Below are positions 56,166-64,000 of a stretch of DNA of 64,000 nt, piece after piece. Every line of letters begins with the position of its first letter. Within the stretch, counting starts at the first letter, position 1. The notes beneath the pieces were generated by a model. The model did not search any database and had not been told where the DNA came from. It saw nothing but the letters and a program-made list of their open reading frames with translations. This stretch comes from Bacteroides sp. GTDB taxonomy: Bacteria > Bacteroidota > Bacteroidia > Bacteroidales > Muribaculaceae. The DNA is taken from NCBI GenBank assembly GCA_014802445.1, contig JAAVCF010000008.1:159792-223791 (forward strand). The letters run 5' to 3'. A program made the translations under genes and the position numbers.

Positions 56166-56801
56166 ATGGAAAAAGAAGATTTCAAACCCAAACATAGCGT
56201 GGAGTCACTGACGGCGTCGGTTTTCTCCACCGTATTTTCTCCGCTGCTGGTGCCCACCTACGGCGTCATGGCCGCCATGTGGCTCTCCATCCTCACCCTG
56301 CTTCCGACGGGAGTGAAATGGAGCGTAATCAGCGTGACGTTTGCCATCACCTGCCTGCTGCCGCTGCTTGCCATCATCACACTGTGGAAACTCCACATTA
56401 TCAAGGACCCGCAGCTCAACAATCGCACCGAGCGCACCACACCGTATCTCATCACCTTCCTCTGCTATCTTGGCTGCGGATTCTATCTGTGGCGCGCCAA
56501 TGCGCCCGTGTGGCTCTTCGCCCTGATGTTTGGCGGCGCGCTGGCCACGTTGATATGTATAGCCGTCAACACCCGCTGGAAGATTTCGGCCCACATGGCA
56601 GCCATGGGCGGACTTGTGGCCCTGTTTTTCCGCATTGTGGCCGACGGTGTCGAAATGGTGTCAATGAACGGCTGGCTCTCTGTGGTAGTGATTCTTGCAG
56701 GATGCGTGGGAGCATCGCGAGTGCTCCTTGAGCGCCACACACTCGGCCAAGTGCTTGCAGGCACCGCCGTGGGATTCCTCTGTGTTTACCTCCTGTCATA
56801 A
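56166..56801 (+). CDS. PAP2-superfamily membrane phosphatase
   Basis: Six TM helices with KISAH and SRVLLERHT (SRxxxxxH) acid-phosphatase motifs. Confidence 0.7.
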   Translation: MEKEDFKPKHSVESLTASVFSTVFSPLLVPTYGVMAAMWLSILTLLPTGVKWSVISVTFAITCLLPLLAIITLWKLHIIKDPQLNNRTERTTPYLITFLCYLGCGFYLWRANAPVWLFALMFGGALATLICIAVNTRWKISAHMAAMGGLVALFFRIVADGVEMVSMNGWLSVVVILAGCVGASRVLLERHTLGQVLAGTAVGFLCVYLLS

Positions 56802-56815
56802 GCCCCTGCTGTAGG

Positions 56816-59038
56816 ATGAAAAGGATTGACCATGAAACCGTGCAGCGCATCCTTGACGCTGCCGACATCGTAGAGGTGGTTAGCGATTTCGTGACCCTGA
56901 AACGTCGCGGCGCCAACTACACGGGCCTCTGTCCGTTCCACAACGAGCGCACCCCGTCGTTCTCCGTGTCGCGCGCCAAAGGCATCTGCAAGTGCTTCAG
57001 TTGCGGCAAAGGCGGTTCGGCCGTCAATTTCATCATGGAGATTGAGCAACTCTCTTACTATGAGGCGTTGCGATACCTTGCCCGAAAATACGGCATCGAG
57101 ATAAAGGAGCGCGAGATGACCCGCGAGGAGCGCGAAGCCGAGAGCGCGCGTGAATCGATGATGGCAATCAATGACTTTGCCATGAAGCATTTTGAGCACA
57201 ACATGCTCCACACCGACGCCGGACGCGACATTGGCCTGGCCTATTTCCGCGAGCGAGGCATCAATGACAGCATGATAGAGCGATTCCACTTGGGATATGC
57301 TCTTGACCGGCACGATGACCTGCTCAATGCGGCCTTGAAAGCCGGCTACTCAGAGAAGTATCTGATTGACACCGGATTGTGCAGCAAGTCAGATCAAGGC
57401 AAAATCTACGACCGCTTCCGCGGGCGCGTGATTTATCCCGTGTTTACCCTATCGGGCAAGGTGGTGGCCTTCGGCGGCAGAACCCTGCGGTCAGACAAGA
57501 GTATGGCCAAATATGTCAACTCGCCGGAGAGCATCATCTACAGCAAGCGAACCGAACTCTACGGTCTCTATCAGGCCAAGCAAGCCATCAACCGCAAGGA
57601 CAAATGCATCCTTGTGGAGGGCTATATGGATGTTATCTCCATGCACCAGCGGGGGGTGGAGAATGTGGTGGCCTCCTCAGGCACCTCGCTCACTGACAGG
57701 CAAGTGAACCTCATCCACCGCTTCACGGAGAATGTGACGGTCATTTATGACAGTGACGCCGCGGGCATCAAGGCATCTCTGCGAGGCATTGACATGCTGC
57801 TGGCCGACGGTCTTAACGTGAAAGTGCTGCTGCTTCCCGAGGGGGATGACCCTGACTCGTTTGCGCAGTCGCACTCATCATCGGAGGTGGAGGCTTACAT
57901 AGCTGAGAATGAAACCGATTTCATCCGCTTCAAAACCAAAATCCTCCTTGAGGGAGTGGAAAATGACCCTATTGCCCGCTCCCGAGCCATCACGGAGATA
58001 GTGAGGTCAATTGCGGTGATTCCGTCGGAGATTCAGCGCACGGTCTATATTCAGGAATGCAGCCGCATGCTGAATATTGATGACGGTGTGCTATCGGCCC
58101 AGACCCTCAAATTCATTGCCGAGAACGCCAAAAAATCCCGCGAAGAGCGCCAGCGTGAGCGCGAGCATGCCGCCCTTGACCGCGACCCCGACACCCGGAT
58201 TGACGCCCCCGCGCCCGCTCAGGGTAGGGCGCAGGCGGCGGCCGCGGCTCCCACGAGGCAGGAGGCTTCAAAGCCCTCACCGGCAGCGGCTTTTCTCCGG
58301 AAATATGAGGCACATCTGCTGGAATACGTGCTCAAATACGGCATGGTGATTATCGGCGAAGCGGTGGATGAGAACGGTAACCCGCTGCCAATGACACTGA
58401 TTGACTACGTGGCCTCTGACCTCTACACCGAGGAGATAACCTTCACTAATGCTGACCTGGCCAAAGTGTGGGACACGGCACGAAGCATATCCGGCGACAG
58501 CTGGAACGCTGATTTGGCCCACTTCATGACTGAGAATGAGGCAGAAAAGGTGCGCAAACGCGCCGAAGGACTTGAACAGATACGCACCACCGCTCCAGAC
58601 CTCGGAGCCATTGAGCAGATGGAGCGAAGCATGGAAGACCGGATTACCGCCGAAAGCGAGAGCGCCGAGGACAGCTTCCGTGCCGGCTACATTGCCCGAC
58701 GCATTGTCAACGACCCTGACGATGAGGTGCGTAGGCTGTCAACGGAGTTCGTGGCTGAGAAGTATGTGTTGAGCCGCATCCACACCAAATTTGCCAGAGT
58801 GGAAACCGAGCGTGACCGTCTGCATGAGCTGGTGCCCCGCGCGCTCTATGAGCTCAAGGATGCCATCCTTGAGAGCGAACGGCGCGACATCAGGAGCCGC
58901 ATTGAAACGCTTGCAGCCGCCCCAAACTCTGATCTTGAGCAGATACAGGCGTTGATGGAGCGGCTGATTGAGCTTACGCAGCTGAAAGCTGAGTTTGCAA
59001 AGTATCTTGGCGACAGGACTATAGCCCCGCGCAAGTGA
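56816..59038 (+). CDS. dnaG: DNA primase
   Basis: Zinc ribbon CPFHNERTPSF...CFSCG, Toprim EGYMDV...DSDAAG, and a long C-terminal helical region. Confidence 0.95.
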   Translation: MKRIDHETVQRILDAADIVEVVSDFVTLKRRGANYTGLCPFHNERTPSFSVSRAKGICKCFSCGKGGSAVNFIMEIEQLSYYEALRYLARKYGIEIKEREMTREEREAESARESMMAINDFAMKHFEHNMLHTDAGRDIGLAYFRERGINDSMIERFHLGYALDRHDDLLNAALKAGYSEKYLIDTGLCSKSDQGKIYDRFRGRVIYPVFTLSGKVVAFGGRTLRSDKSMAKYVNSPESIIYSKRTELYGLYQAKQAINRKDKCILVEGYMDVISMHQRGVENVVASSGTSLTDRQVNLIHRFTENVTVIYDSDAAGIKASLRGIDMLLADGLNVKVLLLPEGDDPDSFAQSHSSSEVEAYIAENETDFIRFKTKILLEGVENDPIARSRAITEIVRSIAVIPSEIQRTVYIQECSRMLNIDDGVLSAQTLKFIAENAKKSREERQREREHAALDRDPDTRIDAPAPAQGRAQAAAAAPTRQEASKPSPAAAFLRKYEAHLLEYVLKYGMVIIGEAVDENGNPLPMTLIDYVASDLYTEEITFTNADLAKVWDTARSISGDSWNADLAHFMTENEAEKVRKRAEGLEQIRTTAPDLGAIEQMERSMEDRITAESESAEDSFRAGYIARRIVNDPDDEVRRLSTEFVAEKYVLSRIHTKFARVETERDRLHELVPRALYELKDAILESERRDIRSRIETLAAAPNSDLEQIQALMERLIELTQLKAEFAKYLGDRTIAPRK

Positions 59039-59042
59039 CAAT

Positions 59043-59966
59043 TCAATTGCCGAGCGACACGGTGGTGTAATATTGCAACGCACCCCCTGAGCGGACAGGC
59101 TGATAGGTGAGGGTGATGAACCCATTATTGGCACCATACCACGTGGCCGAGATGTTGGTGGTGCTCACCGGCATGCCATAGGTTGACGTAAATGACCGAT
59201 AAAGAGCATTGTAACGTGACCTGTCGTTACGCGGATTCGCATAGCAGTACTGCGAGCCGTAGAGCGCCCCATTGGAATAAAGGAGTCGGGCCGTGGGCCA
59301 GCTGAAGCCATAAGCGGCCACATTTGCCACCAGAATCTCTTCAGGAGTGTAGGCCGATGTAACATAATTGTTTGAAGCCAGATAGCCGAGGGTGGCGTCA
59401 AAAGCTGTGCCCAGTGTCAGGCCGAGAATGGTGCCGATGGTAGGCACGGTGCGACGGGGCTTCCAGTGGGGAGGAGGCACGGGGCGTGACCATCCCACAG
59501 CCGGACGAGGCATATGGCCGAAATGCGAGGGTCTGGAGTGGCCGGCAAAGTGCGGCGGACGGGCAGGCTGATGCGCATGGCCCGGACGGTGAGCCGCGGG
59601 CCCCGGACGGTGCTGAGGCTGAGGCTTATGCTGATGGTTTGGTTTGTGATCGGGCTTATGCTGATAGTTTGGTTTATGATCGGGCTTGTGCTGGTGGTTT
59701 GGTTTGTGATCGGGCTTATGCTGTTGCTGAGGGGGGCGCTGCGAAGGCTTATTGTGGGATGACCCTCCTCCATTGTGATGACCCTTGTCAGGACGGTTAT
59801 GGCCGGAGGAGCCGGGACGCATACTCCCTGAATGTTCGTGACCCTTCTGTGAAGAGGCTGAGTGTGAGGGGCGTGCGCCTTTGTGACGGTTATCGGCAAT
59901 TGCAGGCTGCACCATCAGTGAGGCACAGGCAATAAGCATAGCTGCTGTGGTGAAAATCTTCTTCAT
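59043..59966 (-). CDS. secreted His/Pro-rich repeat protein with hydrophobic segment and Tyr-rich C-terminal domain
   Basis: Signal peptide MKKIFTTAAMLIACASLMVQPAIA (ATG at 59966 preferred). About 170 aa are rich in H, P, K, Q and G, including HKPDHKPN(H/Y)Q x3. A C-terminal domain of about 130 aa follows. Confidence 0.7.
   Translation of the reverse strand: MKKIFTTAAMLIACASLMVQPAIADNRHKGARPSHSASSQKGHEHSGSMRPGSSGHNRPDKGHHNGGGSSHNKPSQRPPQQQHKPDHKPNHQHKPDHKPNYQHKPDHKPNHQHKPQPQHRPGPAAHRPGHAHQPARPPHFAGHSRPSHFGHMPRPAVGWSRPVPPPHWKPRRTVPTIGTILGLTLGTAFDATLGYLASNNYVTSAYTPEEILVANVAAYGFSWPTARLLYSNGALYGSQYCYANPRNDRSRYNALYRSFTSTYGMPVSTTNISATWYGANNGFITLTYQPVRSGGALQYYTTVSLGN
59623..59725 (-). repeat. 30-nt tandem repeat (about 3.4 copies) inside the His/Pro-rich gene
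   Basis: Plus-strand units start at 59623, 59653 and 59683 (GGCTTATGCTGATGGTTTGGTTTGTGATCG with 2-3 substitutions per unit), plus a partial fourth unit. Confidence 0.85.
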
Positions 59967-60145
59967 AATCCTATACATAATAATATATGAGGGTGAGGAG
60001 GCTTTGGCTGCTCCGCTCATATATTAGAACAAATAAAAGCATGATAGTTTAATCTTCATCTTCATTTTATTGACATTTGTGAAAAAACACGCTTTTTTTC
60101 GGCTCTTTTTTACTTCTAATTCTTGCAAAACGACCCGCTATGAAC

Positions 60146-60153
60146 TAACTTTG
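60146..60153 (+). promoter_or_regulatory. -7 promoter box (TAACTTTG) for pyrE
   Basis: Exact TAnnTTTG, 28 nt upstream of the pyrE ATG. Confidence 0.5.
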
Positions 60154-60181
60154 CACTGAATAAACCAAGAATACTTTTGTC

Positions 60182-60829
60182 ATGAAACAGTTAGACCGCC
60201 TTTTGGCCGAAAAACTTCTGCGAATCAGCGCCATACAGCTCCAACCCGAAATGCCTTTCATCTGGGCGTCAGGATGGAACTCACCCATATACACCGACAA
60301 CCGCAAAACCCTCTCGTATCCCGACATCCGCAACTTCATCAAGGTGGAGCTTTGCCGTCTGATTATGGAGAATTTTGAGGAGCCCGACGCAATTGCCGGC
60401 GTGGCCACCGGTGCCATCGCTCAGGGAGCTCTTGTGGCCGACACTATGGGTCTACCCTATGTTTACGTGCGCTCTACTCCCAAGGACCACGGTCTGGAAA
60501 ACCTCATCGAAGGTAATCTCAAGCCCGGCCAGAAGGTGGTGGTTATCGAGGACCTTATCTCCACCGGCGGAAGCTCGCTCAAGGCTGTTGAGGCCATCCG
60601 CGCAGCCGGTTGCGAAGTTGTGGGCATGGCAGCTATCTTCACTTATGGTTTCCCCATCGCCGTGAAGCGCTTCAAGGATGCCAATGTGACCCTCTGCACC
60701 CTCAGCAACTACAACTCAATGCTCGAAGCTGCGCTTGAAACCAACTATATTCAGGAGAAGGACGTGGAAACCCTGCGTCAGTGGCGCGAAGACCCCGCTA
60801 ACTGGACTCCCGCTCCTCAGAAGGACTAA
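60182..60829 (+). CDS. pyrE: orotate phosphoribosyltransferase
   Basis: PRPP-binding motif VVVIEDLISTGGS; 215 aa. Confidence 0.95.
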   Translation: MKQLDRLLAEKLLRISAIQLQPEMPFIWASGWNSPIYTDNRKTLSYPDIRNFIKVELCRLIMENFEEPDAIAGVATGAIAQGALVADTMGLPYVYVRSTPKDHGLENLIEGNLKPGQKVVVIEDLISTGGSSLKAVEAIRAAGCEVVGMAAIFTYGFPIAVKRFKDANVTLCTLSNYNSMLEAALETNYIQEKDVETLRQWREDPANWTPAPQKD

Positions 60830-60850
60830 TCATTCATCCACGATTCACCT

Positions 60851-61285
60851 ATGACCACTTTCACAGGTAAACCCGTAGAAATCCAGCGTCCTCAGAATGA
60901 GGTGTACCAGAAACTCGCTAACCTCGGTGACTATCAGACCTATATGGACCAGCTTCCCGAGGAGATTCGCGCCAAAATCGGCGATGTGCGCTTCACTCCC
61001 GATGCCATCCTGATTACGGCAGCTCCCGTCGGCGAAATCACTCTCGCCGTCACTGACCGTCGCGAATCACAGGGCATGACCTTCACCGCGGCTAACTCAC
61101 CCGTTCCCATGACGGTTGACATCAACCTTACTCCCGCCGGCGAAAGCCCGGACGCAACAATCCTGGCCCCCTCCATCACCGTGGAGGTGCCCGCCATGCT
61201 GCGCCCCCTCGTTGCTCCCAAAATGGAGGAAGCGGCTAATCGTCTCGGCGAAATGCTCGGTAACTTCTTCAATCTTTCGAAATAA
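60851..61285 (+). CDS. SRPBCC/START-like small protein (function unknown)
   Basis: 144 aa. Conserved position after pyrE in Bacteroides (from memory). No catalytic motif. Confidence 0.5.
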   Translation: MTTFTGKPVEIQRPQNEVYQKLANLGDYQTYMDQLPEEIRAKIGDVRFTPDAILITAAPVGEITLAVTDRRESQGMTFTAANSPVPMTVDINLTPAGESPDATILAPSITVEVPAMLRPLVAPKMEEAANRLGEMLGNFFNLSK

Positions 61286-61353
61286 TCTGTCAAGGGCGGG
61301 CTGCAGGGATAATATCCTGACATCCCGCCCTTGCTATAACCTTACGTTAAGAA

Positions 61354-61851
61354 ATGCGACTCCCCGCCCTGGTTGCGTCGGTGTTACTCCCGGCCGCTTT
61401 CCTCACTTCATGTGAGAGCCTTGATGATGACCGCATCCCCCCCATGCCGGTCAACATTGTGTTTCAGAGCGCCGGCATGTGGGAGAGCTACGGAGTGCCG
61501 GGAGCCACTGATTATCGGCGATTTATTCTTCAGAAGAAGCTCCCCGCAGGGTTTCCCTACACAGCCCTGTCCTACACCGGTTTCGGGGGTGTGCTCCTCG
61601 TGGCAGACATTTTGGGCGATCCGCAGGCCTTTGACCTATCGTGCCCCGTCGAGGCCCGACAGGACATTATTGTGAACATTGACCGCGAGACCAATCTGGC
61701 CCGCTGTCCGGAATGCGGAAGCGAGTATGACGTGTTCAGCAACTATGGCACTCCGGTGTCAGGTCCGGCCGTCACGCGCCATTACGCCCTGACGCGCTAC
61801 CACGTGAACCGCGGCAGCACAGCCCTGGAATATATCGTGGTGACGCGCTGA
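61354..61851 (+). CDS. lipoprotein with CPxE...CPxCG zinc-ribbon-like cysteine pairs
   Basis: Lipobox LTSC; cysteine pairs in LSCPVEARQD...ARCPECGSEYD. Confidence 0.55.
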   Translation: MRLPALVASVLLPAAFLTSCESLDDDRIPPMPVNIVFQSAGMWESYGVPGATDYRRFILQKKLPAGFPYTALSYTGFGGVLLVADILGDPQAFDLSCPVEARQDIIVNIDRETNLARCPECGSEYDVFSNYGTPVSGPAVTRHYALTRYHVNRGSTALEYIVVTR

Positions 61852-61853
61852 GC

Positions 61854-63200
61854 TCAGTCAGCATAACGCTGAGCATTGCGCTGCAATCGTTCACTCTTGA
61901 ATTCATTCCAGTTCTTTTTCATATTCTTGCGTGACTTATAACCCGTTATGCCGACGAGGTCTTTCAGCAGGGTCAACACGCGGCGCCCGAAAGCGAAGTT
62001 CTTGCTACTGTCACGTCCGCTCCCCAAACGGTGGTCAGGCGTCACGCCGAGCCTCACGGCGCCCTTATCGACGTTCATTACCCGAGCTACAAGCTCTTTC
62101 ACAGAAGCTTGAAGCTCTGGAGCCTCAGGAGCTTCAACAATATCAATGCCTTCAGCCTTAAAGGTGATTTTGGCCCATTTTCGGGCCTCACCCACCGTTA
62201 TATACTCTTTGTCAAGGAAATACACCTCGGCATAAGTGGTGACAAAGAACGGCTGGTCGACACGGTTGAACCGAAACATTCCGCGCCCGCGTCCGCGCGA
62301 TTCAATGTTATAGGAAAAGCTCGTCAGATCTGCCGGTTGAATTTCAGCTCCGGCCACGTTGTCATAGTTAAACCTGGCCTTAAAAGTCTCGAAATCAAGG
62401 TCGTCACTGAAAAATCCGTTAAGCGATGGCACCCATCTGCGACTCACAGAGTCGTTAAGCACATTGACATCAACCGTTATCCGGTCGTTGCTCCGCACTG
62501 TTATTTCGGCGGGACGATACTTCCCTCTCACGGTGTCGCTCCCCGCCTCAGCATCAATCAGTTGGCGAGGGATTTGGCTGACGGGAGGCAAGCCCATCCA
62601 GTCAGACCACGAGAAATGATGGTTGCTCTCATCGCTCACACTGTCATTGCCGTAGGTGTCAATGAACCGGTAATAAGAGCGGCTGGCCAACACTCTGGGA
62701 CTGCTCCACCCCCGGAATCTCACCCCTTTGTCAGTGGGCAGCATATAGTCAACCATCTTTTCTCGGAAAAGAAACACGGTGTCAATGTAGGTGCTCAGCG
62801 TGGAATATTCCCGTACATAGGCCAACATGTGAAGCACTTTCTGACTCTTTGACTCAATGACCACCTCGGGAAGCTCTGATGGATTTTCCCGAAGGAAGAT
62901 TGTGTCAGCGGCAACAGCGGCGGCGGAAACTGTAAGCTCCTTATAGCCGAGATAACGGATGGTCAGAGGGTAAGCCGCGGCTGCCACATAAGGCATCCGG
63001 CCGTCGTGGCCGCTCATTCCCAATGCATTGCCGCGATGGTCAAATATTGAAGCGCCGGCAAGCGGCATCCTGCTCACAGAATCAGCCACCACACACCGAG
63101 GCCTCTCCTCCGACTTCACCGCAGGACAAAGCATCATCAGCGCAGCGATTACCGACAGGGCTTTCCACACCTTATTATATATAGTGGCTGAAATAATCAT
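61854..63200 (-). CDS. carboxypeptidase-regulatory-like-domain protein (function unknown)
   Basis: Signal/TM segment, then VVADSVSRMPLAGASIFDHRGNALGMSGHDG, which is typical of CarboxypepD_reg. The remainder is unassigned. Confidence 0.6.
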   Translation of the reverse strand: MIISATIYNKVWKALSVIAALMMLCPAVKSEERPRCVVADSVSRMPLAGASIFDHRGNALGMSGHDGRMPYVAAAAYPLTIRYLGYKELTVSAAAVAADTIFLRENPSELPEVVIESKSQKVLHMLAYVREYSTLSTYIDTVFLFREKMVDYMLPTDKGVRFRGWSSPRVLASRSYYRFIDTYGNDSVSDESNHHFSWSDWMGLPPVSQIPRQLIDAEAGSDTVRGKYRPAEITVRSNDRITVDVNVLNDSVSRRWVPSLNGFFSDDLDFETFKARFNYDNVAGAEIQPADLTSFSYNIESRGRGRGMFRFNRVDQPFFVTTYAEVYFLDKEYITVGEARKWAKITFKAEGIDIVEAPEAPELQASVKELVARVMNVDKGAVRLGVTPDHRLGSGRDSSKNFAFGRRVLTLLKDLVGITGYKSRKNMKKNWNEFKSERLQRNAQRYAD

Positions 63201-63265
63201 CTACTATAATGACGAGGAATGCCTCCAAACGTTACACTGTCATTTGCAGATTAGAAAAAATTTCG

Positions 63266-63273
63266 TACTTTTG
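63266..63273 (+). promoter_or_regulatory. -7 promoter box (TACTTTTG) for tRNA-Leu
   Basis: Exact TAnnTTTG, 37 nt upstream of the tRNA 5' end. Confidence 0.5.
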
Positions 63274-63310
63274 TAGCGCTTTAGCCGACATGGCCGAAAT
63301 TCCGCATGAT

Positions 63311-63393
63311 GCTCGAATGGTGGAATGGTAGACACGAGGGACTTAAAATCCCTTGGCTTCGCGGCCGTGCGGGTTCGAGTCCCGCTTCGAGCA
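63311..63393 (+). tRNA. tRNA-Leu (anticodon UAA)
   Basis: Acceptor GCTCGAA/TTCGAGC, anticodon stem AGGGA/TCCCT with loop CTTAAAA, long variable arm, T arm GCGGG-TTCGAGT-CCCGC. Confidence 0.9.
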
Positions 63394-63404
63394 CTCAATG
63401 ACGG

Positions 63405-63438
63405 ATGCCGGTCGCTTTATTGCGGCCGGCATTTTTTT
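63405..63438 (+). terminator. terminator after tRNA-Leu
   Basis: ATGCCGGTCGC-TTTATT-GCGGCCGGCAT followed by TTTTTT. Confidence 0.8.
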
Positions 63439-63465
63439 ATCCAACTTCCTCTGACCTTCAAGTAG

Positions 63466-64000
63466 ATGATAAGCTTTCCCAATGCAAAAATCAATATAGG
63501 GCTCGACATTGTGGCGCGTCGGCCCGATGGCTATCACAATCTCGTGAGCGTGTTTTATCCCCTCCCCTGGCGCGATGTACTTGAGATTGTGCCTGCCAAA
63601 GGCACCGAAACCACTCTGAGTGTGAGCGGAAACCCTTGCGACTGTCCCCCTGAGAAGAATCTGGTGATGAAGGCCTACCGTGCGCTTGACCTTGCCGCCG
63701 GACCGCTTCCGCCGGTCGACATCTATCTGCGCAAGATTATCCCTGACGGTGCCGGACTGGGCGGTGGCTCGGCTGATGCCGCTTTCACACTGCGGATGCT
63801 CAACGACATGTTTGCCCTGTCGCTCTCTGACACGCGACTGGCCATAATAGCATCGGAGATTGGCGCAGACTGCACTTTCTTCATTCACAATCGCCCCATG
63901 CTCGCCACTGCCACCGGCACCACCCTCACACCCGTGCCCCTGTCGCTGAAGGGGATGCGCATCGTTGTGGTGAAGCCGCAGGTGCATGTGTCGACTCGCG
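63466..64000 (+). CDS. ispE: 4-diphosphocytidyl-2-C-methyl-D-erythritol kinase, 5' part (runs off the window)
   Basis: Hand translation gives MISFPNAKINIGLDIVARRPDGYHNL...KIIPDGAGLGGGSADAA, the GHMP kinase motif. It is absent from the ORF track because no stop codon falls in the window. Confidence 0.88.
   Translation, partial: MISFPNAKINIGLDIVARRPDGYHNLVSVFYPLPWRDVLEIVPAKGTETTLSVSGNPCDCPPEKNLVMKAYRALDLAAGPLPPVDIYLRKIIPDGAGLGGGSADAAFTLRMLNDMFALSLSDTRLAIIASEIGADCTFFIHNRPMLATATGTTLTPVPLSLKGMRIVVVKPQVHVSTR

Overview
This 64-kb window looks like chromosomal DNA from a Bacteroidota, probably Bacteroidales, genome. That is an inference from three things: many exact TAnnTTTG -7 promoter boxes, a T9SS C-terminal sorting domain, and Bacteroides-like gene order. 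Most of it is housekeeping. I recognise glmM, nrnA-like, glmS, metA, rplY-pth-hslR, prs, rpmE2, an oxaloacetate decarboxylase alpha/pyruvate carboxylase B-type biotin enzyme, dnaN, a dnaQ-like exonuclease, coaBC, recN, rlmB, pyrK-pyrD, the ileS-dksA-lspA operon, an ECF-type sigma factor, rpoN, dnaG, pyrE, a partial ispE, tRNA-Ser(GCU) and tRNA-Leu(UAA). I saw no rRNA, no CRISPR array, no intact mobile element and no recognisable defence system. Several patches look accessory or unexplained. (1) Two short ORFs at 3.3-3.7 kb are joined by a canonical -1 slippery heptamer and sit next to an AT-rich islet encoding a 51-aa hydrophobic peptide. (2) A truncated orphan HicB-like gene sits in the flank of tRNA-Ser. 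(3) Two outer-membrane beta-barrel genes are each paired with a different membrane signal transducer: a periplasmic-TPR/LuxR one-component regulator at 20.5-24.2 kb, and a LytS/LytTR two-component system in a lower-GC3 island at 36.0-40.0 kb. (4) A GC-rich, helix-dense noncoding stretch of about 250 nt at 24.45-24.71 kb has its own -7 box and no downstream gene. (5) A REP-like hairpin element is present in three copies, with one compensatory stem change. (6) A 600-bp AT-rich spacer carries paired palindromic repeats upstream of an XRE-type HTH gene. (7) A nonulosonic-acid gene set is incomplete within this window. (8) A secreted His/Pro-rich protein contains a 30-nt tandem repeat. None of these is proven to be a new system; all functional readings are inference from sequence inspection only.
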